A stretch of DNA of 63,597 nucleotides, the filler included, from Octopus bimaculoides (Eukaryota), in NCBI RefSeq assembly GCF_001194135.2. It is 3 parts of 3 records of this genome, joined end to end, with 100 filler letters (N's around TTAATTAATTAA, not from the genome) between each part and the next. Parts side by side here need not be neighbours in the genome. Positions count along the whole stretch, not along the records: positions 1 to 29,453 come from NC_068999.1; 2 more parts are not named here. One strand, given 5' to 3'. Of this stretch, positions 11,544 to 24,336 are shown piece by piece. The notes under the pieces are model-generated. The model searched no databases. It saw only the letters and a list, made by a program, of their open reading frames with translations, and was not told the DNA's origin. The position numbers and the translations under genes are program-made. Numbering within the stretch: position 1 is the first letter of the stretch; the number at the start of each line of letters is the position of its first letter.

Positions 11544-11917
11544 GCAATGGCCCAGTGGTTAGGGCAGCGGATTTGCGGTCATAAGATCGCGGTTTCGATT
11601 CCCAGACCGGGCGTTGTGAGTGTTTATTGAGCGAAAACACCTAAAGCTCCACGAGGCTCCGGCAGGGGATGGTGGCGAACCCTGCTGTACTCTTCCACAG
11701 GCGGCGAGCTGGCAGAAACGTTAGCACACAGGGCGAAATGCTTAGCTGTATTTCAAATGCCGCTACGTTCTGAGTTCAAATTCCGCCGAGATCGACTTTG
11801 CCTTTCATCCTTTCGGGGTCGATTAAATAAGTACCAGTTACGCACGGGGTCGATATAATCGACTTAATCCGTGTTTGTCCCCTCTGTGTGTAGCCCCTTG
11901 TGGGTAGTAAAGAAATA
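11544..11917 (+). mobile_element. Chimeric SINE: family B tRNA-like head fused to a full family A SINE, 17-bp TSD
   Basis: TSD ACACTTGCTTAAGATGC at 11527-11543 and 11918-11934; A box tggcccagtggt, B box ggtttcgattccc; junction ctcttccaca|ggcggcgagctggcag at 11700/11701. Confidence 0.9.
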
Positions 11918-13497
11918 ACACTTGCTTAAGATGCTTCAAAATGAGATTGAACAGAGAACAACATGGTTACAAAATGAAATTTTTACCCACGTGACCAAGC
12001 CTTTGTTTTTCAAATTTCTCTTTTTCTCTTGTACAGCTATAATTTGAGTCTGTTTATGTATGTCATATCATTTATGATCAGCAGTGGCTTAAAATATTTC
12101 TGTGATGATTCGACATTCTTGCAAACTTAATGTATTTTAATGCTCAAATAAAATCCAAACAAAAATGCTGTACTAAATCTACTTTATATCACTGAATAAA
12201 CTGAGACTATATAATTTTCTTAGAATAAAATTTCCTCTGCATTTTACACACCATGAATTTATTTCGTGCTGTTGTCGTTCACTTTATAAAACTCTGACGT
12301 CAGAAAATATAGTGTTACTTGTATAGCAAGGAATATTAAGAAAGCTTTAAAAATCTATGTTAAAATATGATTTATATTCTATACTCATAGTTCACCATCA
12401 AGAAAGAAAAAAATGTAAACACTCATAAATTCTGAGATCCGAAACATTAAATGTTTTAAGAGATAAAAATATATGCTATTTAAAAGTGATAAAATCAGAT
12501 TTATAGATTCTGAAGATTCTAAAGATTTTAAAGATGGGCTGAATAATTAACGCTCTGGACTGTTTACTCTAATGTTCATAAGTAGGAGCTTTGCCTATGG
12601 CATTATGATGAACCATTAGGGAGAAAACAAAACAAAACAATTTACACTGCTTACTTCAATCAGCTCAGATGAAAGAGTTATTTGAATGTTAGGAAAGTAC
12701 AAAGCTTGAAAACTATGCCATTACATAATCCTCGTTATCATCTCTGACATCATCCTTATTATCATTCTTACCATCACCTCCACCCCACAACAATCATCCC
12801 TGCCAACCATCATCATCATCAGCAGCAACCAACAAAAGAACCCATACGTGATTGCTTTCCTGTTAGAAATAAAAGCCAAATCTCTTTCAAATCATACCTT
12901 ACCATTTTCAAAAGGGAAATCTCATTGATAATATAGTCCTCTAGGACTATAAATTAACTTGGAAGAATAAAAAAAAAAGGGTTGATCACTACAGCAATGC
13001 TTTTGATAATAGTCCTATGTAGTAATAGCTGACTTGGGGTTCAACCAAAAACAATTACCTCCATCACCACTAATGTTATTAACATCCTTATCTTTATCAG
13101 TGCTGCTGTTGTAATGGACATATTTCCATGGAGGTCTTGAATATAGCACCTTTCAGTGCATGTTAAGCTCTGTATCATGAACATGATTTAATCTTTTAAA
13201 GTCTAAGCTAACTAACCTCATGCAAAAGTCTTCTTTCACCTATCTCCATCACATGTAACTCTGTACCTTCATTTCATAGCATTGATGAATTTGTTGCATA
13301 CTGACACAGAAAGAGAAGCGCATGCACACACACACACACACACACACAGAACCCCCCTCTCTATCTTTCTCCCCCGCACTGAAAACAATGTCCAAAACAA
13401 TGATGCTCTCTCCACCTGACACAATCTAACTGCTGCCCTATTCTAAAGCCGTGCTGTCTCAATATCTTTTGTCTTCTCAATATTTGTCACCTGCAAC

Positions 13498-13697
13498 ATG
13501 GCAAGATGGCAGAATTGTTAGCACACCTGGCAAAATGCTTAGCAGCACTTCATCCTTCCTTACAAATTCCACCGAGGTTGACATTGCCTTTCATTCTTTT
13601 CAGGGGTCGATAAAATAAGTACCAATTGAATACTGGAGTCGGTGTAATTAATTTACACCCCGCCCCACCACACTTGCTGGCCCTGTGCCAAAATTTT
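13498..13697 (+). mobile_element. SINE family A, old copy
   Basis: atggcagaattgttagcacacc...ggggtcgataaaataagtacc...ggccctgtgccaaaattt. Confidence 0.85.
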
Positions 13698-14805
13698 CAG
13701 TCAATATTTGCCATCTCTATGTAACTTCCTACTACAACCAACACTACCACTTCTACTGTTGCTGCCTAAACACATTCAGTGCACATTCTTCTCATGCTTC
13801 CTCTGCACCACAGGATTTTTCTTTCTACCCAACCAGATAAGAAACAAAGGTAACCCCACTACAATTCAAAAAGACTAATAGGGATCTGTGTCAATGAAAA
13901 TCAATTCAAAGAAGTTAAAAACAGAGAATGTTTCAGAGACAGCTTGTTTCTCTTCACTTTGTTCAGCTCTTCTCTTTTAAACTTTGTCCACTCTGGAATT
14001 CCCTTCCTGTCCACATTTACTTGCTGACCATCAAGCTATAAGAATTCAAATGGCATCAACTACAAGATCTCAACAACAATCACATTCATTTTCCCCAGTT
14101 GTATCTCTTGAGTGAGAGAAGGGGGGTTACTAAAAGAATTAATAGCAACTAACACTCACCTTACAGATTAACAAACAAAATTAAAATGTCAAACTAATTA
14201 AAAGCTTGCACTATGTTTCTGTCACTATTGAATAGTTGGCATTAGCAAGTGAATTCTACCATTAAAAAAATTTACAAAAACTAACTTCATTGACTCATGG
14301 AAATATCTGAATGTATGAAAGAGAGAAATTTTTGACATGTCACCTACTGCAGTCATTGAACTGATAATTAATCCTCAACAATATGGTGGTGATTAGAATT
14401 GGAAGTGGGTTCCATAAACTACCAAAGTCATTGGGTCATCACTAAAGTGAAAATTAAACTCATGTTAGGTTTTATATGTATTCTTCTCCAAGGCTCTATG
14501 GTAAAACTTGAAATAAGTAATATTACAGGTCCAGAAAACATTATCTAGTGTTACTTTTGTTTACAGTATGTTTTAATCATACGTGTTTGATTAATGCTTA
14601 AACTGTTTGTGAGTTAACTAACTGGTGATGCAATACTGAGGGCTGTTCCAACATTCCATGGACACAACCAGCTGTAACTGGGTAGAAATGGGATTTATCA
14701 TGTAGCAGTGTTTTCTTTTTTTTTCTCTCATTAGTGAGAAAGTTAATTTTTGACAAAGAAAGATGTATGGTTGAATATTGTACTTTGTTACATTGTTTTT
14801 CAAAG

Positions 14806-14875
14806 GTTCAATTGAAAGAGGAAACAAAGCCTTTGGAACCCTTTTCAGAGCCTTCATGACTGTGGGAGAAAAGAA
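14806..14875 (+). CDS. Isolated candidate plus-strand exon (70 nt): SIERGNKAFGTLFRAFMTVGEK
   Basis: ttgtttttcaaag| acceptor and GAA|gtaagt donor with one stop-free frame; no confirmed partner exons. Confidence 0.25.
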
Positions 14876-16084
14876 GTAAGTTTTTCTCAAATGCCTACAA
14901 CAGAGTGGGCGCTGCTAAAAGCTCCTAAGGGTCAGGTAATGGTGTTAAAAAGGCCAGTGGATGAAGTCTACCACCTGAGAATGGGAATATTTTCTCTATA
15001 CAGTTTCTATCTACTACCTTTCACTCAGAAAATTTTGGTTGGCCTGAGGCTAGGGCTGAAGAAACTTGTCCAAGTTGTGAAGCAGTAAGACCAAACCTGA
15101 AAGCATGTGATTGCAAAACAAACTTCTTGACTAGACAGCAACAGCTGTGACTATTATAGACACCTTATATTATGAATTATAGTAGAATGTGAAGTAAGAT
15201 CAGCGAGGTAGCAAACTACACACAGTAAAAGTATTCAGTTCTGTGTTTCATTTTCTCAACCACTGAACTATCAAATTTTTGTAGATTGAGGAAGTATGTA
15301 CAATCCTGGATGGCTGTTTATCCATCTAAATAAGTATTATAAATTGATTTCTTACATATTCATAAAATCTTGTGATAGAAAAAGTGGCAAAATAATAATT
15401 GGGTGAGTTTCACGTATTTTTTTCTCTCTCTTTTTCTGAAGATAATAGTGATGGCAGGGATCTGAAATAGCCTTAATCAGGAGTCAAAACCCTGTTACCA
15501 ACTTTCTTTGCTAAGATGCTTATCTAATTTCTTTGACAGAAACCAATAGCTATGAAATTGCCAGTCTGATGAAAGGAAATAAAATCTTAGCTGTAGTTTT
15601 GACTGACATAAAAGAATTGAAATAAACAAAAGAGCTAAATTTAAATTGGTTGAGAATTTATATAGGAGACCTGATGATGATGATGGTGATGACAACAGCA
15701 ATGAGGATAATGATGACATTAATAAAAAGAAGAAAGAAGAGTAGGAGACAAAGGAGAACTGAGGAAATGATAGCAACACTGATGAAGATGAGGATGCTAA
15801 CTTTTCTAAGAATATAAATAAAAAGATAAATTAAAAAAATTAAACAACAAATAAAATTAATTTCATCTCTAGTCACTTATTTCTGTGTATCTCCTCAGGT
15901 ATTACTGCCAGTTACACCTGCATCTTATAACATTCATGTAATCCACCTCTTCAATATGAACTAATTATAAAAGATACCATCCTTCTCACAAACCCTTCTT
16001 GCCCTTTTCTATCTAGCAATACATGGATCTGCTTCAGTTAGTGATGGTCACAATGCCTCTACTTCCAGATGCTTCTTAATATTA

Positions 16085-16280
16085 TTGATATTTTTATCAT
16101 TGTCATTGCTTTCACCACCACTGCCACCATTACCATTACTGCCTTAACCAGCACTGCCGCTGCCAGAGACACTGTTGCTGCTACACTCCTCACCACCACC
16201 ACCACCACCACCACCGCCACTGTCGCCGCCGCCACCTCCACCATCATCATCATCATCATCATCATCATCACTAATATTAT
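16085..16280. repeat. Mixed (ACC/GCC/ATC)n trinucleotide low-complexity tract
   Basis: accaccacc...gccgcc...atcatcatc. Confidence 0.9.
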
Positions 16281-17745
16281 CATGAATTTCTCTTTAACAC
16301 TAGCATTTGCATATTTAAGATATAAAATCAAAATACATCCATTTAAATCAAAGAATATTTTAAAATCTCTGATGGTACATATAGATGTATGTATGTACAT
16401 GTAAAATAAGTATATTCATGTATGAGTATGAGTTGATGTGTGACTAAATGTTTTTGTATAACTATATACAAAAAANNNNNNNNNNNNNNNNNNNNNNNNN
16501 NNNNNNNNNNNNNNNNNNNNNNNNNNNNNNNNNNNNNNNNNNNNNNNNNNNNNNNNNNNNNNNNNNNNNNNNNNNNNNNNNNNNNNNNNNNNNNNNNNNN
16601 NNNNNNNNNNNNNNNNNNNNNNNNNNNNNNNNNNNNNNNNNNNNNNNNNNNNNNNNNNNNNNNNNNNNNNNNNNNNNNNNNNNNNNNNNNNNNNNNNNNN
16701 NNNNNNNNNNNNNNNNNNNNNNNNNNNNNNNNNNNNNNNNNNNNNNNNNNNNNNNNNNNNNNNNNNNNNNNNNNNNNNNNNNNNNNNNNNNNNNNNNNNN
16801 NNNNNNNNNNNNNNNNNNNNNNNNNNNNNNNNNNNNNNNNNNNNNNNNNNNNNNNNNNNNNNNNNNNNNNNNNNNNNNNNNNNNNNNNNNNNNNNNNNNN
16901 NNNNNNNNNNNNNNNNNNNNNNNNNNNNNNNNNNNNNNNNNNNNNNNNNNNNNTTTTCATTGAAGAACAGTATGCTGAAATAAATAATAAATAACATTTT
17001 AATAAAAAGTAAATTTAAAGTAAGTTCCCCAAAATGTATTTTGACTGAAACATTAAATGCTATGGTCTTTTGTGTTATGTTATAGTAATAAATACATAAA
17101 TAATAATTTCAATTGAACTGTAAATAAGTGAAATACATAGAATATAAAACTTAAAGTCTAACTCTATAAATTTAACATAATACTGCTTTAGATTTCAAAT
17201 TATGTTTGGGACATAATATTTTACCTTTATATTAGATACATAAGTTGTTTACAGTGAAAGAAGTTGGAAACTAGGCATTGCTCTCCTTTAGCTGTTGAAA
17301 AATTAGTGTACAAAAAGAAATTGGAATTATGAAATTTTACAAAATAAGATGTTCAAGAAATATGTGTTGATGATAACCTGTCCAAATGAGAAACCAAGAA
17401 ATGACATACTTTCAGTCAGTGAACACAGTGATCAATATGAAATGAACAGTCATTGAGAGCATGTTCAAAATAAAAGGACATTTTAAAATTGGATAAAGTA
17501 AGGTTATTAAAAAATAATTGGATAATTATTTCATCAAATAGGGGCCAAAAAAATAACAAAACTGGTAGGAACAGACACAGATACAAAATTATATGATGTG
17601 ACTTTTATAATACAGAGTATATTTTAAATAAAAAGAGATCACTAATCTCTCTAGTGGTTGCCTTGTTCTCTAAGATAACAATGAGTTTAACAATGTGCAG
17701 AGTTGTAGCAATGAAACTATGCCAATAATGTCACATCTTGCTTTA

Positions 17746-18124
17746 TATAGGGTCATTCCATAAAATATGCAATTTTTTTATACTACATTTATTTTTCAAA
17801 ATTAAGTTCATTTTTTTTTTAAATCTAAAATATACTTTTTCATTTTCTACAATGCTCTTCCATCTATCTTGTAGACTTGCAAGGGCCCTCTTACAAAATT
17901 CACTTGTCCATGAGGAAAAATATTCCTCCAGTATTGGTCTGACCTTGTCTACAGAATTCATATTTTTTCTGTCCAAATGATTTCGAAGATTGCGGAATAA
18001 ATGATAATCAGATGGGGCAATGTCGGGTTAATATGGTGGGTGAGGCATTGTTTCCTATTCAAACTGCTCCAGCGTTTGGAATGTCATCCTCTCTGTATGT
18101 GGCTGAGCATTATCCTGATGGAAC
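17746..18124 (-). mobile_element. mariner 3' fragment with terminal inverted repeat
   Basis: Minus: HQDNA...HPPY*PDIAPSDY...LASLQDRWKSIVENEK, ending ...atggaatgacccta+TA. Confidence 0.9.
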
Positions 18125-18290
18125 TCATAAAGCTAAATATGTCGAATATGTTCCTTTGTCACTTTTATTATAGCTTTGAAAGAATAACTGTTAAAGTCGA
18201 ACTGCACTCTTCAAAACTTGTGCTAAGAGTAAGTACAAGGTAAAATTACTACCTGCTTTTATAGCAAGATGATGCAAATAGTTTTCAATA

Positions 18291-19195
18291 ATGGAAGTGA
18301 GAAAGAAGCCTATTTGGCATATTTTGATTTATGAGTTCAATAAAGGCAACAACACAATGGAAAGTGTGAGGAATATTAATGCAGTATATGGGGATCAGAC
18401 AATAAGTGTAAGCCAGTGTCAATGGTGGTTCCAGAAATTCTGAGCCAGAAACTACAGCCTAGAAGACAAACTTTGTTCTGGAAGATCTATAGAGCTCGAC
18501 AAGGATGCCCTGCAAACCCTGGTGGAACAAAATCCAATCGTAACTGCTGAGGAACTAGCAGAGTAGCTTGAATTTGGTCATTCAACCATTCATCAACATC
18601 TGCATGCCATCAGAAAAGGCAGCAAATTGGGTCAATGGGTTCCTCACAAACTTTCCAAGTCTAATTGCATGCAGAGAGTGAATATGTGCTCTTCTTTGCT
18701 GCCATGTCTCACAAATGAGCCTTTTTTGAACTAAATAGTGACTGGTGATGAGAAATAGGTTCTCTATTAAAATGCCAAATGCTGAAAACAGTGGATAGGG
18801 AAAGGAGAAACACCAGCACCCCAGGCTAAAGAACATCTTCACCCACGTAAGGTGTTGTTATCTGTTTGGTGGGATATAAAAGGTTTAGTCCACTTTGAAC
18901 TTTTAAACCCAAACTAAACGATAACAGAGGAGATCTACTGCGAGCAGCTTGAGTCAGTGCTAGAAGGAAAACAACCATCTTTGGTTTCATGACAAAGGGT
19001 GTTCTTTCATCAGGATAATGCTTGGCCACATATAGTGAGGATGACATTCCAAAGGCTTGAGCAGTTTGAATGGAAAATGATACCCCACCCACCATATTAA
19101 CCAGACATTGCCCCATCTGATTACCATTTATTCTACAGTCTTCAAAATCATTTGGACAGGAAAATATAAATTCTGTAGACAAGGTCAGAACAGTA
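18291..19195 (+). pseudogene. mariner (DD34D) transposase pseudogene, multiple stops, truncated near the C-terminus
   Basis: MEVRKKPIWHILIYEF..., WVPHKL, IVTGDEK, HQDNA, Y*PDIAPSDY; 34 residues counted between second and third Asp. Confidence 0.95.
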
Positions 19196-19719
19196 CATCC
19201 ATAGATACAAGCATATGTATAAAAATGCATGCATGTATATATGTATGTATGTGTGTAACTAAGTATATGTATACATGCAAATATATGTAGGGAAGAGGGG
19301 GTCTTGTTGATAATTAACCCTGCTTTCATCAACAAACTTATGAGTAAAGGTATCCTAGCCATGCCATCTGGTTTTATTTATTTAGCTTTTGAAGCTGGAT
19401 ATGAAGAGATACATCATCTATTTTTAAGACAGTAGGAGGTAATTTGATGGTGGTTTGGCTGATATTATTAGCAAATAGAATAACCATATAGTGGCTTCAA
19501 TTATTGACACACTGTATAAATCGGTGCCCTTGTGCCACAAATAAGATATTATTATTTCAAAGCTTTACAGCCATGTAAATACCAGCATGAAATTGAATAT
19601 ATTTGAGAAAAAAAGAAACAAACAGATCCAAAAACATTTGATTAGCTGATATAGAAACTGTTATTGCTTAATTATAATTTTTTCCCTCTTTTCTGTTCGA
19701 TAATTTATTCAGAACTTAC

Positions 19720-19747
19720 AGATTATAGTTATTTTGATAACAATAGA
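19720..19747 (-). CDS. Candidate micro-exon (28 nt), not placed in the chain
   Basis: Strong acceptor ttgcatttgatatttctag| and donor TCT|gtaagt; open as SIVIKITII or YCYQNNYN. Confidence 0.25.
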
Positions 19748-20175
19748 CTAGAAATATCAAATGCAACAGAAAAAGCAGCAGTGTGTTGAAAGTATTTTCT
19801 AGCTTATCACAGCTACATAAAAATCACTTAAGTGAGTCTATTCCCTCAGGGGGTTTATTTTGGTGGACTACCAACATTGATATAAAAATGGGCATTAAGT
19901 TGTAGTCAGAGAAAGCCACAAGAGGAATGCTTTCACACCAAATCTTGTTAATGGAAACAGTATTAACTCCGATGTTTGGCATTGATCAATGTTCTCTAGC
20001 AAAGTATAACCTATCACAGGAGAGTTGCAATCACAGCAGTCAACATTAACAATTGTTGATTGGATAGCAGAATACAATCTAGCATGTTGTCAGCTTTCTC
20101 ACTCACTATGCAACAATTTGATAATCCATCTTTCTAATCATATAGATTCTGCTAGTATCTTTTTTATATGCTCAC

Positions 20176-20226
20176 CTTCAACATTATCTATACAATTTAT
20201 CTTTTGGGAAATATAATACTTTTTTC
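20176..20226 (-). CDS. Candidate exon (51 nt, phase 1-1): (G)KKYYISQKINCIDNVE
   Basis: Acceptor gaacctaatag| after a T-rich tract, donor GAAG|gtgagc; one stop-free frame; phase-compatible with 8901-8929. Confidence 0.45.
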
Positions 20227-21987
20227 CTATTAGGTTCTCAGAGGTGAAAAAAAATATTTAGTGGATCTTTTTGCAACTTTGCTACATTTTTAAAGGTGTT
20301 CTTTCACTATAGCAATCATATTGTATTTTATGTACTTTACAATGTGTGAATTTGATAGTGGAAGAATACTGAAGTGTCTATAGAGTTGCAATTTCAAATT
20401 TTGTAGATGTTTAATGTTTATTTTCACTTTATAGCTTGAATATTGCATCTTGGAAAGTGGTTTTAAATTGAAAAAGAAAAAAAGTCTGTGAATGTAATTT
20501 CAATTTGTGTTGCAAGAGAAGGAAGTAGTGTTAGAACAATTCTGATAAACAGCAAGACACATTTCCTTCTCTGATTGGTATTTTCAATAAAAGTTATAGT
20601 GATGAATAAATGTAATCTCATCACACACACACACGTCAGCTGTGTACAATAAATAACTATACACTACAATATGTATTGAGTACTTTTTGTCCCGTTTGTG
20701 AAAGAAAATATTTATTACCTTAAAATATAATTAAATGAAATGGTATTCAAAAAGTGAAAAAATCATAAAAATTACTCTCCATGTTGAATTTAAATTATGG
20801 AATTTCACACACACTTACCAACCTACCCTCCCGCTCTCTGTCTCTGCCTGTCTGTCTATCTGTCTGTCTCTCTCCCTCTCTCTCTCTCTTTGTTCTCCCA
20901 ATATATATTCACACATCTATATATTTGTACCTATGCCCTCTCCTCTCTAGCCCCTCTCTCTACAACTCTTTCCTTTGTGTGTGTGTGCATGCATGTGTGT
21001 GTGTTTGCATGTGTGTGTAGCATTTATTTACTCATTGCCTGCTACCAAGCTTAGTATGTGCATCCATCCTGTACCTCTTGTATTAACTCTTTCTGTATTT
21101 CCCTTTTACTCCCTTCCTCTCTTTCTATATGATGTAAACTATGACTGGAGAAACCAACCAACCAACCTTTTATATCATTTATTATTATGTAGAAACATTT
21201 AATGTTCATTTAACATTTAATTAAGTGAAATTTCAGACTATTCTGAGAATTCATTCAACTATGTCAGTTATTCCTCAACTTGTCTGATGGTGCATTGCCA
21301 ACTATGAGTGGCTCTAAATAAGTTTCTCAAACTTCTTGAAATTCGTTTTGAGTGTATTGCTAAACTTCCAAATGGCTGTTCCCTCTCTGATTGCTTATAG
21401 AGCCTTTGATTTGCTTCTGCTGTAAATCAAAAGCCCTACAAACAATGATTTTTTGTTTTCTATCAACATTATTTTAAGTGCAAAAATTCCATACTTTAAT
21501 TGCAATTTTCAGTTATGTATTTGACCTATAAAATTGTTTTTGAGCCAGTTCAAAACTGACATATGCTCTGCTGATAAATCAATAGCCAAGGTATCTCTAT
21601 TATACTCTAATGGTTAATAGGAATAAATACAAGGGTTAATATTTTTTTTTACTTATAATGAAAAGTTGACATTTTTATAACAAGGAATTAAATCCATTGC
21701 AGCAATATACTTTTTCATATTCTAAGGTGAAAGGAGTGCCCTTTTAATTCTATATTTGGAAATATTTCTTTGATTATACTTGATGTTAAAAGTTCAAAAT
21801 ACAATCAATTTCAGATTCATAGTGAATTCAGTTTGTTTGAATATGTAACACAGTGTTTGCTTGGTACATAATCGTAAATTTTTCATATAACTCTACAAAT
21901 TTTTGAATAAATATCAATTGTTGTAGCCAACTTGTCCGTCTAAATAGCAAGATTCTCTTTTCTTCAGGATCCACCATATTTGCATAT

Positions 21988-22130
21988 TTGCAAGTCTACC
22001 AGATAGATGGAAGAACATTGTATAAAATGAAGGACAGTATATTTTAGATTAAGAAAGAACTTTGTCTATCTTAATTTTGAAAAATAAAAGAAGTATAAAA
22101 AAACTACATTATTTATGGGATGACCCAATA
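21988..22130 (+). mobile_element. mariner 3' end with TIR, same family as 17746-18124
   Basis: ttgcaagtctaccagatagatggaagaacattgt (ASLPDRWKNIV)...ttatgggatgacccaa+TA. Confidence 0.85.
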
Positions 22131-22179
22131 CACACACACACATATGCTTGTTATTGTTTGTCTATGGACATATATGTCG

Positions 22180-22537
22180 TTAGGGCAGCGAACTAGCGAT
22201 CATAGGATCGTGGTTTCGATTCCCAGACCGGGCGTTGTGAGTGTTTATTGAGCGAAAACACCTAAAGCTCCACGAGGCTCCGACAGGGGGTGGTGGCGAA
22301 CATTGCTGTACTCTTCCACAGGCGGCGAGCTGGCAGAAACGTTAGCACACCGGGCGAAATGCTTAGCCATATTTCAACTTTCTCTCACTCTTACTTCCTG
22401 TTTCTGCTGTGCCTGTAATTCAAAGAGTCAGCCTTGTCACACTGTGTCATGCTGAATATCCCCAAGAACTACGTTAAGGGTACACATGTCTGTGGAGTGC
22501 TCAGCCACTTGCACGTTAATTTTACGAGCAGGCTGTT
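22180..22537 (+). mobile_element. SINE family B carrying an internal ~55-bp family A 5' segment; runs into a gap
   Basis: ctcttccaca[ggcggcgagctggcagaaacgttagcacaccgggcgaaatgcttagccatatttc]aactttctctcactc... Confidence 0.85.
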
Positions 22538-23877
22538 NNNNNNNNNNNNNNNNNNNNNNNNNNNNNNNNNNNNNNNNNNNNNNNNNNNNNNNNNNNNNNN
22601 NNNNNNNNNNNNNNNNNNNNNNNNNNNNNNNNNNNNNNNNNNNNNNNNNNNNNNNNNNNNNNNNNNNNNNNNNNNNNNNNNNNNNNNNNNNNNNNNNNNN
22701 NNNNNNNNNNNNNNNNNNNNNNNNNNNNNNNNNNNNNNNNNNNNNNNNNNNNNNNNNNNNNNNNNNNNNNNNNNNNNNNNNNNNNNNNNNNNNNNNNNNN
22801 NNNNNNNNNNNNNNNNNNNNNNNNNNNNNNNNNNNNNNNNNNNNNNNNNNNNNNNNNNNNNNNNNNNNNNNNNNNNNNNNNNNNNNNNNNNNNNNNNNNN
22901 NNNNNNNNNNNNNNNNNNNNNNNNNNNNNNNNNNNNNNNNNNNNNNNNNNNNNNNNNNNNNNNNNNNNNNNNNNNNNNNNNNNNNNNNNNNNNNNNNNNN
23001 NNNNNNNNNNNNNNNNNNNNNNNNNNNNNNNNNNNNNNNNNNNNNNNNNNNNNNNNNNNNNNNNNNNNNNNNNNNNNNNNNNNNNNNNNNNNNNNNNNNN
23101 NNNNNNNNNNNNNNNNNNNNNNNNNNNNNNNNNNNNNNNNNNNNNNNNNNNNNNNNNNNNNNNNNNNNNNNNNNNNNNNNNNNNNNNNNNNNNNNNNNNN
23201 NNNNNNNNNNNGATAAATATACATATACATCAAACCACACACACAATCATCACAACTGTCTCACAAATCTATATTACATATGACCATACATACACTCTCA
23301 TAAATAACTTTATAGAATCATTTTCTGATCAATAGATGTAGGTGATTTAGATAAGAGACATCATGATAGAGGCAGTGTGTTGATGATCTGTAGAAAACAG
23401 AAAATGGTTTGTTGACAGTTTAACAACAGCAGTTTGATAATTATTCAAGATACATTGCTCAAAGATTATTATTTTAATTTGTGAAGAACATTTAGTAGAT
23501 ACCAATCAGTTTTGTGCCTAGAAGTGAAAATATCAACCAGTATAATTTATGCCAGATTGAAGCTATTCTTGAGGAATAACTTGATAGTTTAAAAGATAAG
23601 TCCATTCAGAAGAAAAGCAGATATATTTCTATGTCTGCATAGGTATATGTAATTCAGTGTTGTATCATGCATGTATATTATGTGTGCATGTGTCTCTACC
23701 TATATGATCATACACACACATACATAGTATATATTTGTGTATGTGTGCGTGTAAGTGTATGTGTGTGTATGTATGTATAAATGTGTGTGTGCATATAAGT
23801 ATGTATATATGTGAACGCATATGTGTGTTGTGTTTGTGTACATGCATGTGTTGTGTATGTGTGTGTGTATATACATC

Positions 23878-24045
23878 ATGATGATGATGATGATCATCAT
23901 CATCGTTTAACATCCGTTTTCCATGCTGGCATGGGTTGGATTGTTTGACTGAGGTCTGGAGAGCCAGGAGGCTGCACCAGGCTCCAATCTGATCTGGCAA
24001 TGTTTCTACAGCTGGATGCCCTTCCTAATGCGAACCACTCCAACA
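23878..24045 (-). mobile_element. SINE family D
   Basis: catcgtttaacatccgttttccatgctggcatggg...ggatgcccttcctaatgcgaaccactc. Confidence 0.9.
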
Positions 24046-24317
24046 GTAGTAAAACCATTATCATCATCACCATCATTATATTCGTTTCAAATGGACAGCA
24101 GTTTTGCGGGAGGGGCTAAGTTGATTATATCAACCCTGGAAAGACGCATCACCATCCTTAAGATTAACATCTATTTTGCTATGCTTGCATGGGTCAACGG
24201 AGAATATCATGATTTTACATCCATTTTCTATGCTGGTATGGTGGGTTGGACAAGTTGTCAGTGTGCGAGTCATTTCTTATTGGCATCTCCTGCTGTCCCA
24301 CAGACTTGTGCTCATAC

Positions 24318-24336
24318 CTGTCATTTGGTTTAGATT
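24318..24336 (-). CDS. Candidate micro-exon (19 nt): NLNQMT if phase 0-1
   Basis: Acceptor cctctttatttatctgtag|, donor CAG|gtatga. Confidence 0.3.

Noticed and set aside
11544-11625. tRNA-like sequences at SINE heads (also 22180, 52660)
   Set aside because: A and B boxes are present but they run into SINE bodies and have no complete cloverleaf or acceptor stem
12655-12704. 50-nt minus segment LYFPNIQITLSSELIE with GTAAGC donor
   Set aside because: AAG acceptor, and it fits only via the repeat-derived 9218-9263 segment; kept out of the model
14155-20725. Minus-strand AG|GT juxtapositions (14159/14160, 20718/20719) as recursive splice sites
   Set aside because: Both use AAG rather than YAG, and such motifs are expected by chance in AT-rich DNA
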